Shown in pieces: positions 1-8,747 of a stretch of DNA of 64,000 bases; within the stretch, counting starts at the first letter, position 1; every line of letters starts with the position of its first letter. Under the pieces are notes generated by a model. That model was not told the origin of the DNA, made no database searches, and was given only the letters and a program-made list of their open reading frames with translations. Source of the stretch: Anaerolineales bacterium (lineage in GTDB: Bacteria; Chloroflexota; Anaerolineae; Anaerolineales; E44-bin32); NCBI GenBank assembly GCA_034430695.1, contig DAOUEE010000198.1:739-64738 (forward strand), given 5' to 3'. Both the position numbers and the translations under genes were made by a program.

Positions 1-1
1 C

Positions 2-1309
2 GGCCGTCCGAGTGCGGGTTCGACGGCGCCGCTGTGGACGTTGGCGCTGGCGCTTGGTTACCGCCTGGGATTGGATCCCAGGACATGGAGCGATCTACTC
101 GGTGGGTCGCTGCTGCTTGCGACTGCCTGGGTCTGCGGACTGTGGTTCGTATATAAAACGGATAAACCACGCCGCTGGATGTTGTGGGGGGGATCGCTCG
201 TCGTCCTTGAATGGCACCTGGCATGGGCTGCGGTTTCCGGGATGGAAATCCTTGCGCTGGCTTTCGTCGCCACGTTCGTTCTCTATCGGTTGGATTGCCG
301 TCCATTTCAAGCATTCTATCTTGGTGCCGCAATCGGGTTCGGAGTCTGGATCCGGCCGGATGCGCTTTCCTTGCTTCTTCCCGTGGGTTGGACGATCCTG
401 GTTCGAGATCGCGTGACCCTGAAGAGGTTGGTGACGGACGTTGGAGGCGTCTGCCTGGGCCTTGTCATCGTGATTGTTCCGTATGGGATTTCGAACTACC
501 AACTCTCGGGAACCTGGTGGCCGAGTACTTTTTATGCCAAATCGGCCGAATATGCAGCGCTGCGCGATACTTCCATCATCACAAGATTCCTGTCGCAGCT
601 TTCGGTTCCCTTCATCGGAGCTGCCGCCGTCTTGTTGCCCGGCATCCTGATCGCTGTGCTACAGACGTGTCGAGAGAAAAGATGGGCGGAACTCGCACCG
701 CTGCTGTGGGTGATCGGTTTCCTGGCCGCATACGCCTGGCGTTTGCCGGTTACCTATCAACATGGCCGCTATGCGATGCCCGTAATTCCGGTCTTACTCG
801 TCATTGGATCGAGGGGCATGTTCGCCGTCTTGAACCTGAATTCGGACCGCATGCTGCCCAGGTTGCTTTCAAGAACCTGGCCGATGGCAGTTTGCGCGGC
901 GGCGCTGGCGTTCCTCGTGCCGGGTTCACAAGCCTACGCCCGGGATGTGGCGATCATCGAGACGGAGATGGTCCGCTGCGCGAAATGGATCGAGGCGAAC
1001 ACGGAACCGGACGCCATCGTAGCAGCACACGATATCGGCGCACTTGGCTACTTCTCCGGGCGGGATTTGTTGGACCTGGCGGGATTGATTTCCCCCGAGG
1101 TGATTCCATTCATCCGAGACGAGGACTCCATTGCGCAGTACTTGACCGACCAGCATGCAGGCTATCTCATGACCTTTCCCGGATGGTATCCGTCGCTTGT
1201 CCAACGGGCTGAGAGAGTGTATCTTACAAGAGCGAAATTCAGCCCGGATGCGGGTGGTGAGAATATGGCCGTTTACAGGTGGACATCTCATGGTTTGCTT
1301 CGTGAGTAA
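2..1309 (+). CDS. Polytopic membrane GT-C glycosyltransferase, AftB/ArnT-like (5'-truncated by the window edge)
   Basis: The frame is open from base 2 (GRPSAGSTAPLWTLAL...). Many hydrophobic segments, a loop motif IRPDA and a C-terminal HDIGALGYFSGRDLLDLAGLISP segment, all resembling GT-C arabinofuranosyltransferase-like proteins. Confidence 0.65.
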   Translation, partial: GRPSAGSTAPLWTLALALGYRLGLDPRTWSDLLGGSLLLATAWVCGLWFVYKTDKPRRWMLWGGSLVVLEWHLAWAAVSGMEILALAFVATFVLYRLDCRPFQAFYLGAAIGFGVWIRPDALSLLLPVGWTILVRDRVTLKRLVTDVGGVCLGLVIVIVPYGISNYQLSGTWWPSTFYAKSAEYAALRDTSIITRFLSQLSVPFIGAAAVLLPGILIAVLQTCREKRWAELAPLLWVIGFLAAYAWRLPVTYQHGRYAMPVIPVLLVIGSRGMFAVLNLNSDRMLPRLLSRTWPMAVCAAALAFLVPGSQAYARDVAIIETEMVRCAKWIEANTEPDAIVAAHDIGALGYFSGRDLLDLAGLISPEVIPFIRDEDSIAQYLTDQHAGYLMTFPGWYPSLVQRAERVYLTRAKFSPDAGGENMAVYRWTSHGLLRE

Positions 1310-1315
1310 TGTCTG

Positions 1316-1324
1316 TGCTATACT
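1316..1324 (+). promoter_or_regulatory. Extended -10 element (TGcTATACT) upstream of degU
   Basis: TG-c-TATACT lies just after the GT stop codon. In-frame ATGs follow at 1330 and 1354; the latter is preceded by AGGTGG. Confidence 0.55.
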
Positions 1325-1353
1325 CGCCGATGTTAAAAATAGGTGGCTCAGTT

Positions 1354-2046
1354 ATGGAGAATATCCCAGTCATCATCGTCGACGACCATCCTCTGTTTCG
1401 TGAGGGTGTACGGAACGTTCTCGATTTGGAAGATGACATCGAAGTAATCGCTGAAGGCACGAGCGGCGACCAGGCTCTCCAGCTGGTTCGAGAATTGAAG
1501 CCGCGGGTCGCACTCATCGATGTCAATCTACCGAACATGAACGGCATGCAGGTGACGCGCCAGGTATCTGCGGAACGATTGGACACCGCAGTGGTCCTCG
1601 TTACGGCGTACGATGATGTCGAACAGGTGCTGCACGCTTTTCGGGCCGGTGCGGCCGCCTATTGTTCGAAAGACGTGGAGGCGGGTAAATTGGTCGACGT
1701 AATCCGCCATGTAGCCCGCGGTTTCTTCGTAGTCGGCGATCAGGTATATGATTCATCCGGTTTGGATCAATGGCTTTCGCGTGGCGTCGAGACGGTTCGA
1801 CGCCCGCATCTGGATGGAGATGTGGAAGCTTTCACACCGCTTTCACCTCGCGAAATGGAAATCCTGCAATATGTGACGCGCGGGATGAGTAATAAGGAAA
1901 TCGCATCTCGATTGGGGATCAGCCATCAGACGGTAAAAAACCACATGACGTCGATCCTGCATAAATTGGATGTCGAGGACCGCACCCAGGCTGCGGTGTA
2001 TGCGCTTCGACATGGCTGGGTACGTCTCCAGGATACACGGAAGTAA
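1354..2046 (+). CDS. degU: NarL/LuxR-family response regulator, DegU-like
   Basis: Intact receiver (IVDDHPLFREG, LIDVNLPNMNG, YCSKD) plus LuxR HTH (LSPREMEIL...GMSNKEIA...TVKNHMTSILHKL). Adjacent to a DegS-like kinase. Start could be 1330. Confidence 0.85.
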   Translation: MENIPVIIVDDHPLFREGVRNVLDLEDDIEVIAEGTSGDQALQLVRELKPRVALIDVNLPNMNGMQVTRQVSAERLDTAVVLVTAYDDVEQVLHAFRAGAAAYCSKDVEAGKLVDVIRHVARGFFVVGDQVYDSSGLDQWLSRGVETVRRPHLDGDVEAFTPLSPREMEILQYVTRGMSNKEIASRLGISHQTVKNHMTSILHKLDVEDRTQAAVYALRHGWVRLQDTRK

Positions 2047-2058
2047 ACAGGCGCAGCG

Positions 2059-3105
2059 ATGACCGAATCAGAAGTCAAAGAACTTTCACCCCTTGAGGAG
2101 TTTCTCCAAACCTCTCGTGAGGAAGTGGAGCAAGTTCGCAGAGAGTTGAAAGAAATCAGCTTGCTCGTTGAACAGAGTCATGGGGAAGTGGAGAAGCTTG
2201 CCCAACGAAATGCCTCCATCACGGCACATTTACATCAGATGCAATCGCATTTCGAGACCGTACCGCGAGAGGACATTCAATCTACGTACGAAGCTTTTAC
2301 CGACGCACAGCAGCGTCTATTCACGATGCGCGGCCAATTGGAGAAATTACAGAGTGACGAAGCGCATTTGAAGCGATACGGTGAGTATTTGGCCAAGGCT
2401 CTGCAGGTCATCGAAGGTGGTCCCCAAGATTCAGTCATGGATTTAATGGGGGGTGGAACATCGACGATCCAACAGATCATCGAAGCCCAGGAGGATGAGC
2501 GGCGAACGATTTCACGTCAATTGCACGATGGCCCAGCGCAGGCTTTATCGAACTTCATCCTGCAAACGGAAATCGCAGTTCGTCTCTTCAACACGGATCA
2601 TGAAAAAGCCAAGGAGGAGTTGAACAACCTGAAAGCGGCTGCCGCATCGACATTCGCGCGAATTCGAGATTTCATTTTCGATTTACGGCCGATGATGTTG
2701 GACGACCTGGGATTGGTGCCGACGGCGAAGCGCTATACCGAGGCGTACAGCGAAAAGACGGGTGTCGAGGTTTCAACGGTCATTACCGGAACGGAGCGGC
2801 GCTTGGAACCGCACCTCGAAGTCCTTACGTTTCGGGCCTTACAGTCCTTGCTGCGTAACGTGCGCGACTATGCCCAGGCAACACAGGCGAAAGTCATGAT
2901 TGATATCGGTGAGCAAGAACTGAGGGTGAGTGTTGAAGACAATGGCCGTGGGGTCGATATCGAAACGATGTCGGAAGAAGATCAAAAAAAGTATGGTTAC
3001 AACACCTTAGAGGATCGTATCAATCAGGTGGGCGGTTCCCTTGAAGTTTCTAGCACTGCCGGCGAAGGTACACGCGTGGCCTATTCGATTCCTCTGGGGG
3101 CATGA
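2059..3105 (+). CDS. degS: Soluble HisKA_3 sensor histidine kinase, DegS-like
   Basis: N-terminal coiled coil resembling the DegS sensor domain (REDIQSTYE...), H-box ISRQLHDGPAQ, DLRPMMLDDLGL, HATPase DNGRG. No TM segment. Confidence 0.85.
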   Translation: MTESEVKELSPLEEFLQTSREEVEQVRRELKEISLLVEQSHGEVEKLAQRNASITAHLHQMQSHFETVPREDIQSTYEAFTDAQQRLFTMRGQLEKLQSDEAHLKRYGEYLAKALQVIEGGPQDSVMDLMGGGTSTIQQIIEAQEDERRTISRQLHDGPAQALSNFILQTEIAVRLFNTDHEKAKEELNNLKAAAASTFARIRDFIFDLRPMMLDDLGLVPTAKRYTEAYSEKTGVEVSTVITGTERRLEPHLEVLTFRALQSLLRNVRDYAQATQAKVMIDIGEQELRVSVEDNGRGVDIETMSEEDQKKYGYNTLEDRINQVGGSLEVSSTAGEGTRVAYSIPLGA

Positions 3106-3306
3106 TTCCAGGAAAATCCATTTTAGACAACGGTATCTAGACAGATTCAAACCCGATCGAGAAAGGGACGCATATTCGAGACTGGATTGAATTCAAGACG
3201 AGTGCGCGGGTGTTGAACGTGAGCGGTAGGATTTTGACGTGATACGAAGTTAGTATACGTTTTAATGTTTGAAAACCTTGGGAAATGGCATCGGAAAGAT
3301 GTCCTA

Positions 3307-3335
3307 TTGAATCGAGTTAAGGCAGTATCTATAAT
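3307..3335 (+). promoter_or_regulatory. sigma70-type promoter of flp
   Basis: TTGAAT (3307-3312), 17 bp, TATAAT (3330-3335). Confidence 0.8.
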
Positions 3336-3390
3336 TATGCGTACTAAGGCTTCAAGTTCCTAAAACCACAATGAAAAGGAGGTGAAAAAA

Positions 3391-3537
3391 ATGCTGTACA
3401 GCCCGAAGGAAAAAGGTCAGGGCCTCGTCGAATATGCTTTGATTCTTGTATTGATCGCTGTTGTCGTGATCGTTATTTTGGCGCTGCTCGGACCTGCCAT
3501 TGGAAATGTGTTCAGCAATATCGTCAGCAATATTTAA
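3391..3537 (+). CDS. flp: Flp/Fap (type IVc/Tad) major pilin, 48 aa; absent from the ORF track
   Basis: MLYSPKEKG|QGLVEYALILVLIAVVVIVILALLGPAIGNVFSNIVSNI*. Prepilin cleavage Gly with E+5/Y+6 and a hydrophobic helix. Strong SD AAGGAGGTGA at 3376-3385; directly upstream of cpaB. Confidence 0.95.
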   Translation: MLYSPKEKGQGLVEYALILVLIAVVVIVILALLGPAIGNVFSNIVSNI

Positions 3538-3542
3538 CAATC

Positions 3543-3616
3543 GTCAAGGGCGTACTATAGGGAACGCCTTGACATCGTTACAAACTGGAGGAGCCCTATC
3601 GGATGATAGGGCTCCT
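3543..3616 (+). terminator. Tandem hairpins after flp (stabiliser or terminator without a U-tract)
   Basis: GTCAAGGGCGT/ACGCCTTGAC (3543-3573) and a perfect 12-bp stem AGGAGCCCTATC-ggat-GATAGGGCTCCT (3589-3616). Confidence 0.65.
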
Positions 3617-3645
3617 GAGTGCACTGTCAGGCCTTATCTCATATT

Positions 3646-3710
3646 TGAAAGATATCTGAAAGGTTATTGTAATCAAGGTCACTTGACTTTTAACACGGAA
3701 TAGATAATAT
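3646..3710 (+). promoter_or_regulatory. Putative cpaB promoter with upstream 11-bp-period direct repeats
   Basis: TGAAAG (3646), TGAAAG (3657), TGTAAT (3668); then TTGACT (3683-3688), 16 bp, TAATAT (3705-3710). Confidence 0.45.
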
Positions 3711-3753
3711 ACGCGCACGGAAACTTAGTTTCATCACCACGAAAGGAGGCGCT

Positions 3754-4911
3754 ATGCGTGGTGGTCGAGTCATAATGCTCCTTGCCATAATCATCCTCCT
3801 CGGTGTGCTTGCTGCATACTTGATGCTTGGGGGAAATGAAGAAGCTCCCCCAACTGAAGGTGAAGGCGTCGTTCAACCCGGATTGTCTGCAGATATGGTA
3901 TACGTCGTCGTAGCCGGGCAAGACATTTCACGCGGTTCGATCATCCCGGAGCAAGATGGTGTCGTCGTCTCCCAAATGCCGAGAGATTTGGTCATCGAGA
4001 CGATGATCAGTGGTGAAGATGAAGACGAACTCAAGTCTCGGGTTGTTGGGCGTAGGGCACGGATGGACATCGCTCGCGGGCTATTTATCACCGAAGGTAT
4101 GCTGACGGACAAGCCGGGTGATCTGCTTGGCATAGGTTCCGATGCCGCAATGGCGATCGAACCAGGATACACTGCGATCTCCATTCCGTGGCACCGGATT
4201 TCCGGCGTTGCTTTTGCACTGCGAGCCGGTGATCAGGTCGATGTTTTGATCAGCTTTTTGATCGTCAGCGTCGATGCGGATTTCCAGACCGAATTACCAA
4301 ACGAAACGACGGCCATCAGTGCTTTGGGCGGTATCCCACAGCAATTCGGTCCACACGTTACGGTACCCATCAGCCCTGGAATAGAGGATCCAACGAGACG
4401 GCAGGAGGGTGAATACTGGCCGTACGGGCGTGTCGAGAGCGAACCGGAGCTGGGTCTGCCCATTCACGTGATTCCCCAGGAAGCGCAACGGCCACGATTG
4501 GTATCCCAGCGCCTGATTGAAAACGCTACGGTGCTTAAATTCGGTAATTTCTCGACCGCTGACATTCTCGGTGAAGAAGTCCAGATGGTGGAAGTCCCTG
4601 AAGGTGAGGAAGCCACTACGGAGAACGTCACGGAAAGCGTGCCAGACATCATTACTCTCATCGTCACGCCACAAGATGCTTTGGCTTTGAACTGGGCGGT
4701 TAAAGCGGGAGCGGATCTCGTTTTGACGCTGCGTTCGCCGGACGATACCACTATCACGGAGACGAGCAGTATCACACTGCAATATCTGCTGGATAATTAC
4801 AACATTACCGTGCCGGCTAAACTACCTTACGCATTGACACCGGCAATTGAGGCGCCGATCATTCCTTTCATCGATTATGAGGTTACAGTTCAAGGGGAAG
4901 GTGCGCAGTAG
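3754..4911 (+). CDS. cpaB: Flp pilus assembly protein CpaB/RcpC (SAF domain)
   Basis: N-terminal TM anchor, SAF-like VVVAGQDISRGSII, RcpC-like GYTAISIP...LRAGDQVDVL, C-terminal ITLIVTPQDA...LVLTLRS. Confidence 0.85.
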   Translation: MRGGRVIMLLAIIILLGVLAAYLMLGGNEEAPPTEGEGVVQPGLSADMVYVVVAGQDISRGSIIPEQDGVVVSQMPRDLVIETMISGEDEDELKSRVVGRRARMDIARGLFITEGMLTDKPGDLLGIGSDAAMAIEPGYTAISIPWHRISGVAFALRAGDQVDVLISFLIVSVDADFQTELPNETTAISALGGIPQQFGPHVTVPISPGIEDPTRRQEGEYWPYGRVESEPELGLPIHVIPQEAQRPRLVSQRLIENATVLKFGNFSTADILGEEVQMVEVPEGEEATTENVTESVPDIITLIVTPQDALALNWAVKAGADLVLTLRSPDDTTITETSSITLQYLLDNYNITVPAKLPYALTPAIEAPIIPFIDYEVTVQGEGAQ

Positions 4912-4957
4912 GGGATCTTAGCAATATATAAGGGTTGGTTGTTACTCGGAGGACCAT

Positions 4958-6178
4958 ATGTCTGAAAACGCGGAAGGATCAATCCGCGTACTTATCGTTG
5001 ATGATATTGCAGAAACACGTGAAAATATCCGAAAATTGTTACAGTTCGAATCGGATATCACTGTAGTTGGTGCTGCGGTAAGTGGGCAGGATGCACTCGA
5101 GTTAGCCCGCGAAAAAGACCCTGATGTCGTCGTGATGGACATCAACATGCCCGACATGGATGGCATCACTGCGACGCAAGAGTTATTAAAAGACGTTCCC
5201 TACGCACAGATCGTCATCTTATCCGTTCAGAGTGAAGCCGATTACATGCGCCGGGCGATGCTTGCTGGCGCAAGAGACTTCATCGCCAAACCTCCCTCTG
5301 GTGACGAGTTGATTTCCACGATTCGTTCACTTGCGGCACGAGCGCAAGAACAGCGGAAATCGTTGGAAAGACCGGCGCCCCATGTCGTGCAACCGGTGCC
5401 CGGAATGGGCTACGCCCTGCCAGAAGGAAAGTTGATCGCTGTGTACAGCGCGAAAGGCGGTGTAGGCTGTACGGTCTTGGCGACGAACATCGCCTTGGGC
5501 TTGCAAACGGAAGAAACGCCAACGGTGCTGGTGGATACTGCGCTGCAGTTCGGCGACGCAGCCGTATCGCTGAACCTGCAGGTCAAGTTCAGCTTTGCGG
5601 ACGTCTCTACGCGAGCCGACGAGGTCGATCCGGAAATCCTCGGGGAGATTCTTTTAAGTCACGAGAGTGGTCTGCGAATTCTTGCGGCGCCGCCGCGGCC
5701 TGAAATGGCGGATGAGGTGAACGCCGAACAAGTACGCAAAGTGCTGCAGCATCTTCGCAGGCAGTTCGCCTACGTTATCGTCGACATGAGTTCTAACATG
5801 GATGACGTTGCGCTTGCCGTAATGGACGCAGCTGATTTATTGGTCGTCGTAACCGTACCGGAAATACCATCAATCAAGGACGCACGACTGTTGTTCGATT
5901 TGTTGACCGTCCTCGAGTTCCCTAAAGACAACGTATTTTTCGTATTGAATAAAATGGACCGTAAATCCGGCATAACACCAGAGGCCGTGGAGGAGAATCT
6001 GAATTACTCGGTGAACGGCGTCATTCCGTTTGATGAACGTGCAGTCTCGACGTCCGTCAATCGCGGCGTCCCACTCATGATATCGGATCGTGGCTCATCA
6101 GTCGCGAAAAGCATCATCGATATACTGGGAGCATTGAAAGAGAAATTGATCGAGATGGAAAAGGTTGTTGAAGAATAA
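4958..6178 (+). CDS. cpaE: CpaE/TadZ: receiver domain plus ParA/MinD-like ATPase fold
   Basis: Intact receiver (VDD, MDINMPDMDG, FIAKP). Degenerate deviant Walker A KGGVGCT, DTALQFGD, YVIVD. Position within the Tad cluster. Confidence 0.9.
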   Translation: MSENAEGSIRVLIVDDIAETRENIRKLLQFESDITVVGAAVSGQDALELAREKDPDVVVMDINMPDMDGITATQELLKDVPYAQIVILSVQSEADYMRRAMLAGARDFIAKPPSGDELISTIRSLAARAQEQRKSLERPAPHVVQPVPGMGYALPEGKLIAVYSAKGGVGCTVLATNIALGLQTEETPTVLVDTALQFGDAAVSLNLQVKFSFADVSTRADEVDPEILGEILLSHESGLRILAAPPRPEMADEVNAEQVRKVLQHLRRQFAYVIVDMSSNMDDVALAVMDAADLLVVVTVPEIPSIKDARLLFDLLTVLEFPKDNVFFVLNKMDRKSGITPEAVEENLNYSVNGVIPFDERAVSTSVNRGVPLMISDRGSSVAKSIIDILGALKEKLIEMEKVVEE

Positions 6179-6238
6179 TCGTACCGCTGATGCAAATGGG
6201 TTGGGTTTGTTGAGTGCGATTTTTAGGAGAGTGCTACT

Positions 6239-7648
6239 GTGTCGCTATTAAAAAGGATTGAGCAAGGGCAAGCGGAAGCACCATCCAGCGCTAGCAGCAA
6301 TCCCCCCGTTGGGGGAGGTACCGGACGGCTGTCGGGGTTGAATGCTCGCCGTGTCGCGCCACCACGCTCAGCGCAAAGAGATACCTATTACGACCTGAAA
6401 ACACGCGTTCAGAACAAGCTCCTGGCTGAACTGGATCCTTCCATGGACGTAAGCCAGACGGCCGAAGTCCGCAGAACGATCGAGGAGCTGTTCGAGAATA
6501 TATTGGCCGAGGAAAAGATCGTACTTTCCCGGCCGGAACGACGGCGGCTCTTCGAGCAGATCGTGGCCGAGATTCTCGGCCTGGGGCCGCTCGAACCGCT
6601 CCTTGCAGACGATACGATTACAGAAATCATGGTCAACGGGCCAAAACAGATCTACATCGAGCGCAAAGGTAAACTGCACCGGGAACCCGCTTCCTTCGAA
6701 AGCAGTGACCATCTCATGCGCATCATCGACCGCATCGTGGCTCCACTGGGCAGGCGCATCGACGAATCCAGTCCCTATGTAGATGCCCGCCTTCCGGATG
6801 GATCGCGTGTGAACGCGGTCATCCCGCCGATATCGCTTGTTGGACCTACGCTTACCATCCGAAAATTCTCACGTGACCCGATTAGCGTCAATCAATTGGT
6901 CGAGTTCGGCACGTTGACGCCCGAGTCGGTTGAATTCCTAAAGGCATGCGTGATTTCGGCTATCAATATCGTTATCTCCGGAGGTACTGGCTCCGGTAAG
7001 ACGACGCTGCTGAACGTACTCTCTCAGTTCATCCCCACTGACGAGCGCATCGTAACGATCGAAAATGCGGCCGAGCTTCAATTACGGCAGGAACACGTTG
7101 TCACGCTGGAGTCGAGGCCGCCCAACATTGAAGGTCGCGGCGAGGTAACCATTCAAAACCTGGTTGTAAACTGCTTGCGTATGAGGCCGGACCGGATCAT
7201 CGTCGGTGAGATCCGTGCGGAAGAATCGTTGGACATGCTTCAGGCGATGAACACCGGTCACGAGGGCTCGATGACGACGGCTCACTCGAACAGCCCGCGC
7301 GATACACTGGCACGTATCGAAACAATGACCCTGATGGCCGGGATGGATTTTCCTGTACGGGCGATCCGCGAACAGATCGCCTCCGCGATGGAACTCGTAG
7401 TGCATCTGGAAAGACTCCGCGACGGTACGCGTAAAGTAACCCACATCTCAGAGATTCAGGGGATGGAAGGTGACGTCATCACGATGACAGACCTTTTCGT
7501 CTTCGAGCAAACGGGATTCGAGGATGGCCGCGTGATTGGAAGGTTGCGGCCGACTGGACTCCGACCTAAATTTATTGATAAGATTGAGACATCCGGGATT
7601 CATCTGCCGGCGACGATCTTTGGTGTTGGTGGAAAGCGCGGGTACTAA
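6239..7648 (+). CDS. cpaF: Tad pilus motor ATPase CpaF/TadA
   Basis: Walker A GGTGSGKT, IENAAEL, RMRPDRIIVGE, His boxes MNTGHEGSMTTAHSN. Confidence 0.95.
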   Translation: MSLLKRIEQGQAEAPSSASSNPPVGGGTGRLSGLNARRVAPPRSAQRDTYYDLKTRVQNKLLAELDPSMDVSQTAEVRRTIEELFENILAEEKIVLSRPERRRLFEQIVAEILGLGPLEPLLADDTITEIMVNGPKQIYIERKGKLHREPASFESSDHLMRIIDRIVAPLGRRIDESSPYVDARLPDGSRVNAVIPPISLVGPTLTIRKFSRDPISVNQLVEFGTLTPESVEFLKACVISAINIVISGGTGSGKTTLLNVLSQFIPTDERIVTIENAAELQLRQEHVVTLESRPPNIEGRGEVTIQNLVVNCLRMRPDRIIVGEIRAEESLDMLQAMNTGHEGSMTTAHSNSPRDTLARIETMTLMAGMDFPVRAIREQIASAMELVVHLERLRDGTRKVTHISEIQGMEGDVITMTDLFVFEQTGFEDGRVIGRLRPTGLRPKFIDKIETSGIHLPATIFGVGGKRGY

Positions 7649-7651
7649 CCA

Positions 7652-8635
7652 ATGAATTCAAATCTGATCCTGATGATAGGATTGGGGCTTGGATTGCTCC
7701 TGCTGCTCATCGGAATCGCCTCATCTGTATTTGGAAGAGGCTCGATTGTTGAAGAGCGGCTTGGGCAATATTCCGAGACGGGTCAATTAAGTTACGGAGG
7801 CGAGGTCAGCGCTGAAAAGGAGCGCGACAGATCGACGCCCGTCTCGGACTTCTTCAACCGTATGGGGGAAGGAACGGACCTATTTGATGGGATCTCGAAG
7901 AATCTCGCACGCGCAGACATAAAACTCCGACCGGCGGAATACATTGCGGGCATCTTTATCTGCGGCGTCGTCGTCGCCGCGCTCGGCTTTTTTGCCACCG
8001 GCCAGAGTATATTTTTAGCTATCGTGTTCTTCTTCGTCGGACTGCTCATCCCGCGTTTCTATGTGAAACTCGCGCAAGGCCGGCGATTGAAATCGTTCGA
8101 CAACCAGCTATCCGACATGATCAATCTGATGGTCAATGGCCTGCGGGCTGGTTTTTCCACGCTGCAGGCGATGGAATCAGTCAGTCGCGAATTGCCCTCT
8201 CCGATCTCCGATGAATTTCGACGCGTCGTCCAGGAGGTGCAGTTGGGCCTCACGATCGAAGATGCTCTCGAGCATCTCCTTCGCCGTATCAGCAGTGACG
8301 ACCTCGACCTGGTGATTACAGCGATCAACGTTCAACGAGAGGTCGGTGGTAACCTGGCTGAAATTCTAGACACGATTTCACACACGATTCGCGAGCGTGT
8401 GCGTATTAAAGGCCAGATTCAGGCATTAACTGCACAGGGCCAGGCAACGGGCTGGGTCATCGCGGCATTGCCCTTTGCCCTGGCGGGGATATTGTTTTTA
8501 GTGAATCGTGAATACATCATGGTGCTCTTCGCGCCGGAGACCAGGGGATGTGGTATTCCGATGGTCATCTTGGCGTTTTTGATGATCGTCTTCGGCATGA
8601 TCGCCATCCAGAAAATTGTTAATATTGACATTTAG
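7652..8635 (+). CDS. tadB: Tad platform membrane protein TadB (T2SSF family)
   Basis: QLSDMINLMVNGLRAGFS, QREVGGNLAEILD...IRER motifs; TM segments. Confidence 0.9.
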   Translation: MNSNLILMIGLGLGLLLLLIGIASSVFGRGSIVEERLGQYSETGQLSYGGEVSAEKERDRSTPVSDFFNRMGEGTDLFDGISKNLARADIKLRPAEYIAGIFICGVVVAALGFFATGQSIFLAIVFFFVGLLIPRFYVKLAQGRRLKSFDNQLSDMINLMVNGLRAGFSTLQAMESVSRELPSPISDEFRRVVQEVQLGLTIEDALEHLLRRISSDDLDLVITAINVQREVGGNLAEILDTISHTIRERVRIKGQIQALTAQGQATGWVIAALPFALAGILFLVNREYIMVLFAPETRGCGIPMVILAFLMIVFGMIAIQKIVNIDI

Positions 8636-8747
8636 CGATCGATAATTGAATACGAGTTTGACGGTATGATGAAAGTTATTCTCGATGTTGAAAGTAGGCG
8701 TAATGCCCACGGGATGTTGTCCGCACGAGCGATCGAGGTGATTTGAC

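Noticed and set aside
211-1212. 333-aa alternative-frame ORF
   Set aside because: Lies within the GT-C gene; Arg/Pro/Gly-rich off-frame composition.
3148-3172. CAAACCC...GGGACGCA, resembling the c-di-GMP-I (GEMM) riboswitch core upstream of flp
   Set aside because: The GNRA-capped inner stem does not pair, the downstream AAAGC/second stem is absent, and it lies upstream of the strong flp promoter (3307-3335), so outside that 5' UTR. An Rfam scan would settle it.
5453-5473. Degenerate Walker A (KGGVGCT) in CpaE as a novelty
   Set aside because: Loss of the catalytic Lys is a known feature of CpaE/TadZ proteins.
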